Under the pieces are notes generated by a model. That model made no database searches. It worked only from the letters and a program-made list of their open reading frames with translations, and was not told where the DNA came from. DNA of 64,000 nt, taken from positions 229,458-293,457 of the forward strand of contig JAXGLD010000003.1 of assembly GCA_040769385.1 (NCBI GenBank), read 5' to 3'. A program made the translations under genes and the position numbers. Below, one piece after another: positions 46,922 through 55,765 of this stretch. This stretch comes from Syntrophomonadaceae bacterium (lineage in GTDB: Bacteria; Bacillota; Syntrophomonadia; Syntrophomonadales; Syntrophomonadaceae). Position 1 is the stretch's first letter. Each line of letters opens with the position of its first letter.

Positions 46922-46953
46922 GGTGCCCCCTTTAATGGCTCCTTAATTCTTGC

Positions 46954-47679
46954 CTATTGGGAATTCATTTGCAGTAATTCGGAAACGGTTACGAATTCGT
47001 ATCCCTGGTCTTTAAGATTCTTGATCACCAAAGGCAAGGCCTCAGTAGTCTGTTTACAGGTATCACTGGCGTGCATGAGGATAATAGCCCCTGGGTGCAC
47101 CTTTTTACTTACTCTTTCGACTATGCTGTTGACCCCCGGATTCATCCAGTCCAGAGAGTCCACACTCCACTGGATTACTTCGTAGTTGATTTCATGTGCG
47201 GCCTCTATCACCTGGTCATTATAATCGCCGTTAGGGGTGCGGATGAGGTTAGCGTCAACCTCCGTTATTTCCTTGATATTACTATGGGCCTTCATGATTT
47301 CTTCCTTGATTTCTGCTTTGCTGAGGGTGCTGAGATTGATGTGCCGGTATCCGTGACTGCTTATTTCATGGCCGTCCTGCTTTATCCGTTGCGGCACCTC
47401 CGGATATTGCTTGACCCAGGGCCCGGACAAAAAGAAGGTGGACCTTATCTGATTCTGCTTGAGTATCTCGACAACCGGCATAGGGGTGTTATTACCCCAG
47501 CTTATGTCGAAGGTGAGCGCCACCACTTTTTTATCAGTTTTCACTTCGTAAATCGGCTTAAGCTTGTGATTGGCCTGCACGTACATCACTCCAGTGGTTA
47601 GGAGTACGACCGATATCAAGGCGACCAGTACAATTTTGGCGCGAGGGGTCAATGCATAGAATCCAAACATCTTGGGCAT
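46954..47679 (-). CDS. polysaccharide deacetylase-family sporulation protein (PdaB-like)
   Basis: NodB domain with ALTFDISWG, SHGYRH and LMHASD. N-terminal TM/signal sequence. Confidence 0.8.
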   Translation of the reverse strand: MPKMFGFYALTPRAKIVLVALISVVLLTTGVMYVQANHKLKPIYEVKTDKKVVALTFDISWGNNTPMPVVEILKQNQIRSTFFLSGPWVKQYPEVPQRIKQDGHEISSHGYRHINLSTLSKAEIKEEIMKAHSNIKEITEVDANLIRTPNGDYNDQVIEAAHEINYEVIQWSVDSLDWMNPGVNSIVERVSKKVHPGAIILMHASDTCKQTTEALPLVIKNLKDQGYEFVTVSELLQMNSQ

Positions 47680-47735
47680 AGCGATAATCTACCTCCTCAG
47701 ATTCTTCATTTTGATACCTATTGAGCTCAACCGCA

Positions 47736-48482
47736 TTATTTCCGTTCGTCCAACTGTATTAGTTCGCTCATTGTTACAAACCGATAACCGTCCGCGATTA
47801 ATTGGGTGAGCAGAAGATCCACTGCTCTGGCGGTTTCCAGGGAGTTATCAGCCCCATCATGCAAGATTATTATTTGCCCGGGCGCGATGTTGGAGACTAC
47901 ATGTTGGGCGATTGCTTCGCCCTTTTTCCCCACCCGCCAATCTTTGGGATCCTGCAGCCAGGTCCAATAAGCGACTGTCATTGGGTATTCGTTCACGTAT
48001 TTCACCAATCTGTCAGATAGATAACCACCCGGAGGCCGGAATAGTGTAGGGGTTCGGCAGGTGGCCAAGGTGATTATGGCGTTGGTTCTTTCAATCTCGC
48101 TTTGAAATATGGCAATATCGTTCTTTTTGAATTGCAGGTAGTTGTGACTGTAACTATGATTGCCCAACTCGTGACCTTGGGCGGCCATTAGTTGCAGGAG
48201 TTGGGGTGATTTTTCGGCCCGATGGCCGACTACAAAAAAGGTGGCGTGAACATTATGCCGAGCCAGGCTGTCCAACACCGCCGGGGTTGTCTCAGGATCA
48301 GGACCGTCATCAAAGGTAAGCGCTGCCACCTTCTGACTGGTTTTAATCAAGGTGACGACCTTTTTTTCATTCTTCCACTGGTTCATATGGGGGTGATAAG
48401 CTAAATTGTAGGAGCCCAGGCCGAGCAGAAAAATCCCGGCAAATATCGCCCCCAGTGTTCGCTTTTTAAGGTTAATTATCAT
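47736..48482 (-). CDS. polysaccharide deacetylase (NodB) family protein
   Basis: ALTFDDGPD, ATFFVVG, GNHSYSH, FRPPGG, ILHDG. N-terminal TM/signal sequence. Confidence 0.85.
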   Translation of the reverse strand: MIINLKKRTLGAIFAGIFLLGLGSYNLAYHPHMNQWKNEKKVVTLIKTSQKVAALTFDDGPDPETTPAVLDSLARHNVHATFFVVGHRAEKSPQLLQLMAAQGHELGNHSYSHNYLQFKKNDIAIFQSEIERTNAIITLATCRTPTLFRPPGGYLSDRLVKYVNEYPMTVAYWTWLQDPKDWRVGKKGEAIAQHVVSNIAPGQIIILHDGADNSLETARAVDLLLTQLIADGYRFVTMSELIQLDERK

Positions 48483-48695
48483 GGTTTACCCTATAATGAC
48501 AGACAGTGCGGATTTTATCCGCAGAAATGGTATGCAGTCGCGCTTGGTCTCTTTTACAAATGTATTGATGTATTAGGATAAATATGCTCGCATCGGGAAA
48601 GAGAAGCGGCAACTGGATACTTTACTATTTGCAGAGACTGCATTATAATATTATTCATCGTCAAACGCTGAATCGGCTGCAATACGAAAATATTA

Positions 48696-48770
48696 GGGTC
48701 GTTAACTCAGAGGTAGAGTGCTTCCTTGACGCGGAAGAAGCCACAAGTTCGAATCTTGTACGACCCACCA
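48696..48770 (+). tRNA. tRNA-Val (GAC)
   Basis: Acceptor GGGTCGT/ACGACCC. Anticodon arm CTTCC-TTGACGC-GGAAG. GTTCGAATC T-loop. CCA encoded. Confidence 0.9.
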
Positions 48771-48783
48771 TAGAAACAAAGTA

Positions 48784-48813
48784 ATACCGGGGTTTTGCGG
48801 CCCCGGTATTTTT
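48784..48813 (+). terminator. terminator after tRNA-Val
   Basis: ATACCGGGG-TTTTGCGG-CCCCGGTAT followed by TTTT. Confidence 0.8.
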
Positions 48814-48966
48814 ACGGGCAAGTGCCGCAAGGGTAGGTGCCACAGAATTGGCCCCCGGATTGGCAATTTGGCTAAGGCAGGGAAATACCTCCAGTACGTC
48901 AAAATGTAATTGGGGAATCATTAATTTGAAGGAAGGGGGAAAAAGCCAACCTTACAGGCAGCTGGA

Positions 48967-49251
48967 ATGGAGGACGAAGCGATAGACACCACCGAGAAAA
49001 TGGATGACGCCAAGATAAGGGAAAACATAGAACATGCATTGTTAAGATTCGACAAAGCCCAGTTGATATTCAATGATATAGAGGCTGCATATCTTAAGAT
49101 CCAGGACTTGGACCCCGAAGTATACCCCGAAGTAAAAGCCGAATATCAACGCATCGAAGCCCTATTGAACATGCTCTTTGATTTTTTATCAGCTGGGAAA
49201 TCGGAACTGGATAAGATAATTGAGACTGTCGCCGAAGATAAAAAAGAGTGA
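48967..49251 (+). CDS. hypothetical acidic coiled-coil protein (94 aa)
   Basis: An ORF with a terminator directly downstream. Weak RBS and uncertain start. No motif recognised. Confidence 0.45.
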   Translation: MEDEAIDTTEKMDDAKIRENIEHALLRFDKAQLIFNDIEAAYLKIQDLDPEVYPEVKAEYQRIEALLNMLFDFLSAGKSELDKIIETVAEDKKE

Positions 49252-49302
49252 TGCAGGAGTGCGGGCAGGGCTAAAGAGAGAGAAGATTGCACAGCAAAAG
49301 AC

Positions 49303-49330
49303 AAGCCGGGCTATATAGCCCGGTTTTGTT
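49303..49330. terminator. bidirectional palindromic terminator
   Basis: Perfect palindrome CCGGGCTAT|ATAGCCCGG, flanked by an A-rich tract on one side and TTTTGTT on the other. Confidence 0.7.
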
Positions 49331-49352
49331 CGTTCTGCTGTTGGAGTATGCC

Positions 49353-49961
49353 TTAGTCGGATGTTCGAAGCTTGAATTGGCGCGGTATTATATGTGCTGA
49401 ATTAGGACCGGCTGTTGATCCCCACATTACTTTACAAGGTTCCTGCTGGTCTTCATCTAAACCGCAGAAACAGGTTTTGGCAAGCGCGACTTGGGTTTGA
49501 GGTCCAATGGGAACGCCTTCATGGTCATACTGAATGGCATTCTTACTACGGGAAGGCTCGCTCCCGTCCTGAGTATAGTAGGCTTCGCAATCGGGCGGGA
49601 GATTGGTTATGAGAGCCCGGTTAAACGAGACGGCTTTGAATTTGGGGATTGGTATCGGCCTGATATTATATCTCGCCGCTACTACAGGTCCATATTCCCC
49701 AATGGATCTGTAATACTTGACCGCCTTGACAGTAGTTGAGGTTGTCAAGCAAAGATGTTCGTGATAATTGATCAGTTGCCTGGTCCGGCTCCTTCTGGGA
49801 TCGCTGCCATCCAACGTATAGTAGCCGGCTGATGATACGATGGCGTGCAGGCACACTAGCTGAAATCCGCAATAGGTTCCCCCACCAGGGGTTAAGGTCA
49901 ATGCGTTGGTTCCTGTTGATCCGTTGTCACAGTATCGCAGGGCAGCCTTTAAATCTAACAT
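49353..49961 (-). CDS. hypothetical Cys-rich protein with two YYTxDGSxP (chitobiase/hexosaminidase C-terminal-like) repeats
   Basis: ATG 49961 follows GAGGTGGAG. Motifs GYYTLDGSDP and AYYTQDGSEPS lie about 90 aa apart. No signal peptide. Confidence 0.55.
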   Translation of the reverse strand: MLDLKAALRYCDNGSTGTNALTLTPGGGTYCGFQLVCLHAIVSSAGYYTLDGSDPRRSRTRQLINYHEHLCLTTSTTVKAVKYYRSIGEYGPVVAARYNIRPIPIPKFKAVSFNRALITNLPPDCEAYYTQDGSEPSRSKNAIQYDHEGVPIGPQTQVALAKTCFCGLDEDQQEPCKVMWGSTAGPNSAHIIPRQFKLRTSD

Positions 49962-50216
49962 ACTCCACCTCACTGATCATGCCGGAATTCCCGGTTGGTA
50001 ACCAACCGAAGGATCAATACGCTTCTGAGTTTGATTCTAGCATGCCTCTTGTCTTTTCTAGACAATAAAAAAACACCGAAATTATGCCATTCTCCACGTT
50101 GGAATGGCATTATACGGCATGTTGTGATCAATCCAATGTTGAAGTGAAGAGCAAATTGAGGAAAAACCCGTGCAGGGAATGACAAGCATTTCTTAATCCC
50201 GGCGGAGGGCGGGGTT

Positions 50217-50516
50217 CTAGGTAAAAAAGGGCTGCAGTATAAAGAAGATATTAAGAATAAATATCACCGTATTCAATGTCAAGGCCACCAGCAGTGTGGA
50301 TGTCTTGAATCGATGGCCGGAATTGTAAATGTCCAGAAAACCGAGGATGCACACTCCCGCTCCGATAAGCAACAATATGTAAGAGGTCTCAACCCAATTG
50401 CCGGTGAGCCATTCGATGAAAACGCTCAGAACCCCCGAATAGCCAAGCGGTACCAGGCTGTAGATAAGGAATAGAATCAAAGCCATTACCGGATATAAAA
50501 ATATCATTCTAATCAA
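50217..50516 (-). CDS. small integral membrane protein (99 aa, 3-4 TM helices)
   Basis: GGGAGG upstream of ATG 50516. Strongly hydrophobic. Confidence 0.55.
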   Translation of the reverse strand: MIRMIFLYPVMALILFLIYSLVPLGYSGVLSVFIEWLTGNWVETSYILLLIGAGVCILGFLDIYNSGHRFKTSTLLVALTLNTVIFILNIFFILQPFFT

Positions 50517-50616
50517 CCTCCCGTAAACAGCATCGAATTAAGCGGGCTAGACGAGAAGATATTGGAATTCTCTTGCATTATTCGGCAAAGAGGGAGGTAT
50601 GTCCTGCCTGGTTTCA

Positions 50617-50649
50617 GAAAAAAAGAATGCCGGGAACCATTCCCGGCAT
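50617..50649 (-). terminator. rho-independent terminator
   Basis: Minus strand: ATGCCGGGA-ATGGT-TCCCGGCAT followed by TCTTTTTTT. Confidence 0.8.
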
Positions 50650-50667
50650 CAATCATTACCGGCCTGA

Positions 50668-50952
50668 CTACTTAGACGAACTACGGGACGACTGGGCATT
50701 GGTTTCGCCCATAAACACCTCCACCGCTTCCTGTAACTGTGATTGGTGATGATAAGCACTTCTGGAGAAATCGTTGACCAGGTTGTTGAACTGCTGACGG
50801 GCCTGACGGTTCTGGTCCAGTTGGGTTCTGATGGCGTTTTCCATCTGATCTTGGACTACGGACAGGCTGTTCACGGTGAAGCGCCACATATCCATCATCT
50901 GGTTCATCGAATTTTCGATCATGCCCATGCTGTTGAAATTGCTGCCGTTCAT
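50668..50952 (-). CDS. hypothetical Q/N/M-rich protein (94 aa)
   Basis: GGGAGG upstream of ATG 50952 and a strong terminator downstream. No motif recognised. Confidence 0.55.
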   Translation of the reverse strand: MNGSNFNSMGMIENSMNQMMDMWRFTVNSLSVVQDQMENAIRTQLDQNRQARQQFNNLVNDFSRSAYHHQSQLQEAVEVFMGETNAQSSRSSSK

Positions 50953-51219
50953 TGTTGATCCTCCCTTAAAAATATACTCGGATTGGACACTTTCCGTTTA
51001 TGTTTCCCCTTCGATGACAAAGCTATTCAATAGGGAAGAAAAAAATAGCAATTTGCGGTCTTGTGACTATTACATGGTCAGTTTGATTTGCCTGGGGGTC
51101 GCGTCTGGCTGCAAAAGCGGATATTACGCATATTCTGCAAATTTTGGATTGGAGCGGACTGAATAATGAAAAATAGCCCCACATATAATAATGTAAGCAT
51201 CCAACAAGGAGGCCGTAAA

Positions 51220-52200
51220 ATGGTTTATGAGCTGCAGATAATCACGGCTGCGGACAAGGAAGCCTTTGTTACGGACTTTTCCCGTAAGTTTTCCTGGCTG
51301 AGACAACGCGGCTGCAGCTTATCGGTAAGATCATGTTCGCTTCATGGAAGTGATTCAGTTCGTTTCGATATCCTGCTGCAAGGCAAGGTATGTTCTCCTC
51401 ATTTCCGGGAAGAGGATTACATTTATATTTTTAGATATCAATTGGCCGAATTCCTGGCCGAACATATCATCAGCGACTGGGAATACCACTTGGCCTGGAA
51501 AGAAATAAACAAATCCAAACGCGGCATATTATCCAATGATAGACCGGTAATTATGGATAAGGCCACAAAATTCCTGAAGCATTGTCACACCAGTGAAAGT
51601 CTCAACTTATTAATGAATTACGGACGCAAGAACAAGATTTCCCACCGTTTATTCGATTATCTGTTTAATCACCGGCTTCTGGTCGTGGAGGGTTTTATAA
51701 GATTTTGTATGCCTGATTTCCTTACCGACATCAAATTTGCTGTAGATTTGGCCTGTGAGGAATTACGCAACGAAAAGGAGTACAATGAATTCGTCAAACT
51801 GCTGCGTTATTTCGTCGACACCCAGCCGCCCATGATGTTGGAAGTCAACATCATGACCGTCGAAGGCAACGGATTTGTATTGTGGGACGGAAACGGGATT
51901 CGCATCGAGGAAAAGCAAATCAAGTACTATATGGAGGACATTGCCCGCGGGGAGATAAGCCTGGATGACGTCCTGGTCAGCATCCTGATCACGGTTGCGC
52001 CCCGGCGAATTATTCTCCATAATACCGACCAGCAATCCGACAGCGATTCGGTCCAAATGATCAAGAATGTATTCGATTCCAGGATAACTGTTTGCGGGGG
52101 ATGTGAGCGGTGCCAAGGGAATCAAAAGATTGATTATCCTAATCCTACGAGGAAGGTTTTGGTGCACACCCATACCTATCCTCATGACAAAGGGTTTTAA
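51220..52200 (+). CDS. ytxC: YtxC-like sporulation protein
   Basis: ATG 51220 follows AAGGAGG. Size and position immediately upstream of thrS match the Bacillus ytxC-thrS synteny. Assignment is partly by synteny. Confidence 0.6.
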   Translation: MVYELQIITAADKEAFVTDFSRKFSWLRQRGCSLSVRSCSLHGSDSVRFDILLQGKVCSPHFREEDYIYIFRYQLAEFLAEHIISDWEYHLAWKEINKSKRGILSNDRPVIMDKATKFLKHCHTSESLNLLMNYGRKNKISHRLFDYLFNHRLLVVEGFIRFCMPDFLTDIKFAVDLACEELRNEKEYNEFVKLLRYFVDTQPPMMLEVNIMTVEGNGFVLWDGNGIRIEEKQIKYYMEDIARGEISLDDVLVSILITVAPRRIILHNTDQQSDSDSVQMIKNVFDSRITVCGGCERCQGNQKIDYPNPTRKVLVHTHTYPHDKGF

Positions 52201-52228
52201 TCCTTACTGACCTCATAAACATAGCTCA

Positions 52229-52274
52229 CAGATCATCTTTCTCGGCATACGAGAGATGATCTGGTTTGTTTTTT
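52229..52274 (+). terminator. rho-independent terminator after ytxC
   Basis: CAGATCATCTTTCTCG-GCATA-CGAGAGATGATCTG followed by GTTTGTTTTTT. Confidence 0.8.
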
Positions 52275-52440
52275 CTGCACTTTTGTTTGGTGGTGGGGTG
52301 GGTTTTAGGGTCTGCCTTTTTAATTGCGGGAGATTAGTAAATCTGGTACTGTATTTAGATAGGAATTACGGACCATCTGCGTTGGCAGCTTCATATACTG
52401 TTAGTTGTTCTATTGGATATCATTCTTTGGAGGTGTAAAT

Positions 52441-54351
52441 ATGATTGACATTAGTTTTCCCGATGGACGGCACCGTGAGTACGCTGAAGGGACCACTCCG
52501 CTTCAGATTGCTGCGGATATCAGCGCCAAATTGGCCAAAAACACTGTAGCGGCCAGTTTCAATGATAAAATTACCGACCTGACTACTCCCTTGTATGAAG
52601 ATGGCAAGTTGGAGTTCATTGATTTCGAAACCGACCGGGGTCGTTCCGTATATCGACATTCCTCTTCGCATATAATGGCCCAGGCGGTCAAAAGGCTGTG
52701 GCCGGAAACCAAGTTCGCCATCGGACCTGCTATCGACAAGGGATTCTATTATGATTTCGATACTGACCATACCTTCACGCCTGAGGATTTCGCCCTGATT
52801 GAGAAAGAGATGAACTCCATTATCAAGAGCGATTACCCCATCGTGCGGCGGGAACTCCCCAAAGAAGAAGCCTTGAACTTCTTTGCGGAGAGAGGTGAAG
52901 ATTATAAGGTAGAACTGATTCGGGATTTGCCCGATGACGCCATAATCAGTGTTTATGAACAGGGAGAGTTTGTGGATCTTTGCGCGGGCCCCCATGTTCC
53001 CAGCACCGGCAGAGTTAAAGCAGTGAAGCTGATGAGCCTGGCCGGGGCGTACTGGCGGGGCGACGAGAACAACAAGATGCTGCAGCGCATATATGCCACT
53101 TCTTTCCCCAAACAGGCGCTGCTGGAAGATTATCTCCAAAAGCTGGAGGAGGCCCGCAAGCGCGACCACCGCAAGCTGGGCCGGGAATTGGGATTATTTG
53201 TTCTTCTGGATGAGGGTCCCGGTTTCCCGTTCTTCCTTCCCAAAGGAATGGCACTAAGAAACGAACTGGAGAGTTTCTGGCGTCAAGCCCATCAGAAGGC
53301 GGGCTATCAGGAGATTCGCACCCCTATTATACTGAATCAGGAACTATGGGAACGTTCAGGGCATTGGGACCATTACAAGGACAACATGTATTTTACCAAA
53401 ATCGATGGCCAGGACTTCGCGGTCAAACCGATGAACTGCCCGGGCGGGATACTGGTTTACAAACAGAGTCTCCACAGCTATCGGGAACTGCCCCTGCGCA
53501 CCTGTGAGATGGGATTGGTACATCGACATGAAATGTCGGGGGTTTTGCACGGCCTGATGAGGGTGCGCGCTTTTACCCAGGATGACGCCCATATCTTTAT
53601 GCTGCCGGAACAGGTCATCGACGAGATAAAAGGAGTAATGGCCCTGGTCGACCTGTTTTACAAGCAGTTCGGTTTTTCCTATCATGTCGAGTTGTCGACC
53701 CAACCGGAGAAATCCATGGGCACCAAAGAGGCTTGGGACATTGCCACCGACGCCCTCAAAACAGCGTTGGCGGAAAACAATATGGAATACAAGATCAACG
53801 AAGGCGATGGCGCCTTCTATGGTCCCAAGATCGATTTCCACTTACGGGATTCTTTGGACCGCACCTGGCAGTGCGGAACCATTCAGTTGGACTTCCAGAT
53901 GCCGGAAAAATTCGATTTGTCCTATATTGGAGAGGATGGCGAAAAGCATCGTCCGGTTATGATTCACCGGGTTATCTATGGCAGTATGGAAAGGTTTATC
54001 GGAATCCTGACCGAGCACTTCGGCGGAGCATTTCCCGCCTGGCTGGCCCCAGTGCAGGTGCGGGTGCTGGCCATTACCGAGAGACAGCATGAATATGCGG
54101 CTCAGGTGGTGGAAAGGTTGAAAGCCGAAGGGATAAGATGCGAATCCGACCTGCGCAGCGAGAAGATCGGCTACAAAATCCGGGAAGGGCAGCTGCAAAA
54201 GATTCCTTATTTGCTGATCCTGGGTGAGAAAGAAGCCCAAGCCGGTGCGGTCGCGGTGCGTCACCGCAAGGACGGCGATCTGGGCCAGCAGGGGCTGGAG
54301 GATTTTGTGACCATGCTGAATGCGGAAATCAGGGACAAAGTTATCAGATAG
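52441..54351 (+). CDS. thrS: threonine--tRNA ligase
   Basis: TGS N-terminus (IDISFPDG...), an editing domain (HSSSHIMAQA), and class II core motifs. ATG 52441 follows GGAGGTG. Confidence 0.95.
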   Translation: MIDISFPDGRHREYAEGTTPLQIAADISAKLAKNTVAASFNDKITDLTTPLYEDGKLEFIDFETDRGRSVYRHSSSHIMAQAVKRLWPETKFAIGPAIDKGFYYDFDTDHTFTPEDFALIEKEMNSIIKSDYPIVRRELPKEEALNFFAERGEDYKVELIRDLPDDAIISVYEQGEFVDLCAGPHVPSTGRVKAVKLMSLAGAYWRGDENNKMLQRIYATSFPKQALLEDYLQKLEEARKRDHRKLGRELGLFVLLDEGPGFPFFLPKGMALRNELESFWRQAHQKAGYQEIRTPIILNQELWERSGHWDHYKDNMYFTKIDGQDFAVKPMNCPGGILVYKQSLHSYRELPLRTCEMGLVHRHEMSGVLHGLMRVRAFTQDDAHIFMLPEQVIDEIKGVMALVDLFYKQFGFSYHVELSTQPEKSMGTKEAWDIATDALKTALAENNMEYKINEGDGAFYGPKIDFHLRDSLDRTWQCGTIQLDFQMPEKFDLSYIGEDGEKHRPVMIHRVIYGSMERFIGILTEHFGGAFPAWLAPVQVRVLAITERQHEYAAQVVERLKAEGIRCESDLRSEKIGYKIREGQLQKIPYLLILGEKEAQAGAVAVRHRKDGDLGQQGLEDFVTMLNAEIRDKVIR

Positions 54352-54357
54352 AAGTTG

Positions 54358-54386
54358 CATATCCGTTTGGGATATGTTAGTCTTTT
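54358..54386 (+). terminator. possible terminator after thrS
   Basis: CATATCC-GTTTG-GGATATG followed by TTAGTCTTTTGG. Confidence 0.45.
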
Positions 54387-54399
54387 GGTTGGAATTGTT

Positions 54400-54541
54400 A
54401 AGCAGGAGCCTGGCTTCCTCACCTTACAACCCCCGGTTAGTAAGGTTATGACGACAGATAAGGGTATGCTTGTATCAACATACAAGTTTAGAGTAATCTG
54501 TTAGTACATGTAGAAGCGGGCGAAACGGCCCGCTTTTTATA
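54400..54541 (+). promoter_or_regulatory. putative L20-responsive leader/attenuator of infC-rpmI-rplT
   Basis: Structured leader (CTTGTAT-CAAC-ATACAAG hairpin) ending in AGCGGGC-GAAACG-GCCCGCT followed by TTTTAT, 19 nt upstream of infC. Assigned by analogy to the Firmicute L20 leader; not verified with a covariance model. Confidence 0.45.
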
Positions 54542-54559
54542 TTTGCAGGAGGTGAATCG

Positions 54560-55117
54560 ATTATCAGCAAAGATTGGAGAATCAATGAGGATATCCGGGT
54601 TAGAGAGGTTAGACTGGTCAGTGAAGATGGGGAACAGCTCGGGATAGTTCCAATCCGTGAAGCCTTGGCCATAGCCGAGGAAAAAGGCGTTGACCTGGTG
54701 GAGGTAGCCCCTTCTGCCAAGCCGCCGGTATGCCGTTTGATGGATTATGGCAAGTTCAAATTTGAACAGAGCAAGCGTGACAAGGAATCGCGGAAGAAGC
54801 AGAAGATTATCTCCATTAAGGAAGTCAAGATGAGGCCCAACATCGAAGAACACGATTTTCAGGTCAAGGCCAAAAATGCCAGAAAGTTCTTGACAGCAGG
54901 GGATAAGCTCAAATTCACTATCATGTTCAGGGGCCGACAGGTTACCCACCCGGAACTGGGGGAAAAACTGTGTATCAAGCTGGCCCAGGAGTTGTCCGAT
55001 ATTTCAACGATAGAAAAGATGCCCAAGCTTGAGGGCCGTAACATGGTTATGATACTGGTGCCCAAGCTTGATGCCGATAAAATCGAGAAAGACAAGAGAG
55101 ATAAAAAGGAGGACTAA
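54560..55117 (+). CDS. infC: translation initiation factor IF-3 (ATT start codon)
   Basis: The in-frame translation from ATT 54560 is [30 protein letters not shown]..., the conserved IF-3 N-terminus. GGAGGTGA lies 4 nt upstream. The track ORF (54665) is truncated. Confidence 0.9.
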   Translation: MISKDWRINEDIRVREVRLVSEDGEQLGIVPIREALAIAEEKGVDLVEVAPSAKPPVCRLMDYGKFKFEQSKRDKESRKKQKIISIKEVKMRPNIEEHDFQVKAKNARKFLTAGDKLKFTIMFRGRQVTHPELGEKLCIKLAQELSDISTIEKMPKLEGRNMVMILVPKLDADKIEKDKRDKKED

Positions 55118-55119
55118 CC

Positions 55120-55314
55120 ATGCCCAAAATGAAGAGTCATCGCGGCGCTGCCAAGCGATTCAAGAAAACCGGCAGCGGACTGATTAAAAGATCCAAAGCC
55201 TATGCCAGCCACCTGTTGTCCGGCAAGAGTCCCAAAAGGAAGCGGAAGCTGCGTAAGGCTGGTCTGGTCAGCGATGTAGAACAGAAAAACATTTCCAAAC
55301 TGATTCCATATTAA
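55120..55314 (+). CDS. rpmI: 50S ribosomal protein L35
   Basis: [20 protein letters not shown]. Confidence 0.95.
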   Translation: MPKMKSHRGAAKRFKKTGSGLIKRSKAYASHLLSGKSPKRKRKLRKAGLVSDVEQKNISKLIPY

Positions 55315-55336
55315 TTCATAGAGGGAGGACTATCAG

Positions 55337-55690
55337 ATGCCGAGGATTAAGCGCGGAGTTACTTCGCACAGAAGACATAAGAAGATATTGAAGCTGGCCA
55401 AAGGATATATTGGCAGCAAGTCCAAGCTGTTTCGGGTAGCCAACGAGCAGGTTATGAAGTCGGGAGCGTATGCTTATGCCCACCGCAAGCTGAAAAAGAG
55501 AGAGTTCCGGCAGTTATGGATCGCCCGCATCAATGCCGCCGCCCGCGAGAATGGGACTACTTACAGCCGCATGATACACGGTTTGAAGGTAGCTGGGGTG
55601 AACGTGAACCGCAAGATGCTGGCGGAGTTGGCTATCAGCGATCCCCAAGGTTTCACCCAGCTGGCTGAGGTAGCCAAGAAATCTGTCTAA
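55337..55690 (+). CDS. rplT: 50S ribosomal protein L20
   Basis: [24 protein letters not shown]. Confidence 0.95.
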   Translation: MPRIKRGVTSHRRHKKILKLAKGYIGSKSKLFRVANEQVMKSGAYAYAHRKLKKREFRQLWIARINAAARENGTTYSRMIHGLKVAGVNVNRKMLAELAISDPQGFTQLAEVAKKSV

Positions 55691-55765
55691 CCATCGAATC
55701 TTAATAAACCGAGCTAGTAAAGAAGTATGGTCAAAAGCCATACTTCATTTGTCAGAAGGTGTAGA

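Noticed and set aside
48661-48921. 66-86-aa minus-strand ORFs.
   Set aside because: They overlap tRNA-Val and its terminator.
52201-52440. Expected a Thr T-box upstream of thrS, as in many Firmicutes.
   Set aside because: After the ytxC terminator I found no GGGUGGUACC-type core, no specifier architecture and no leader terminator. No T-box is called here.
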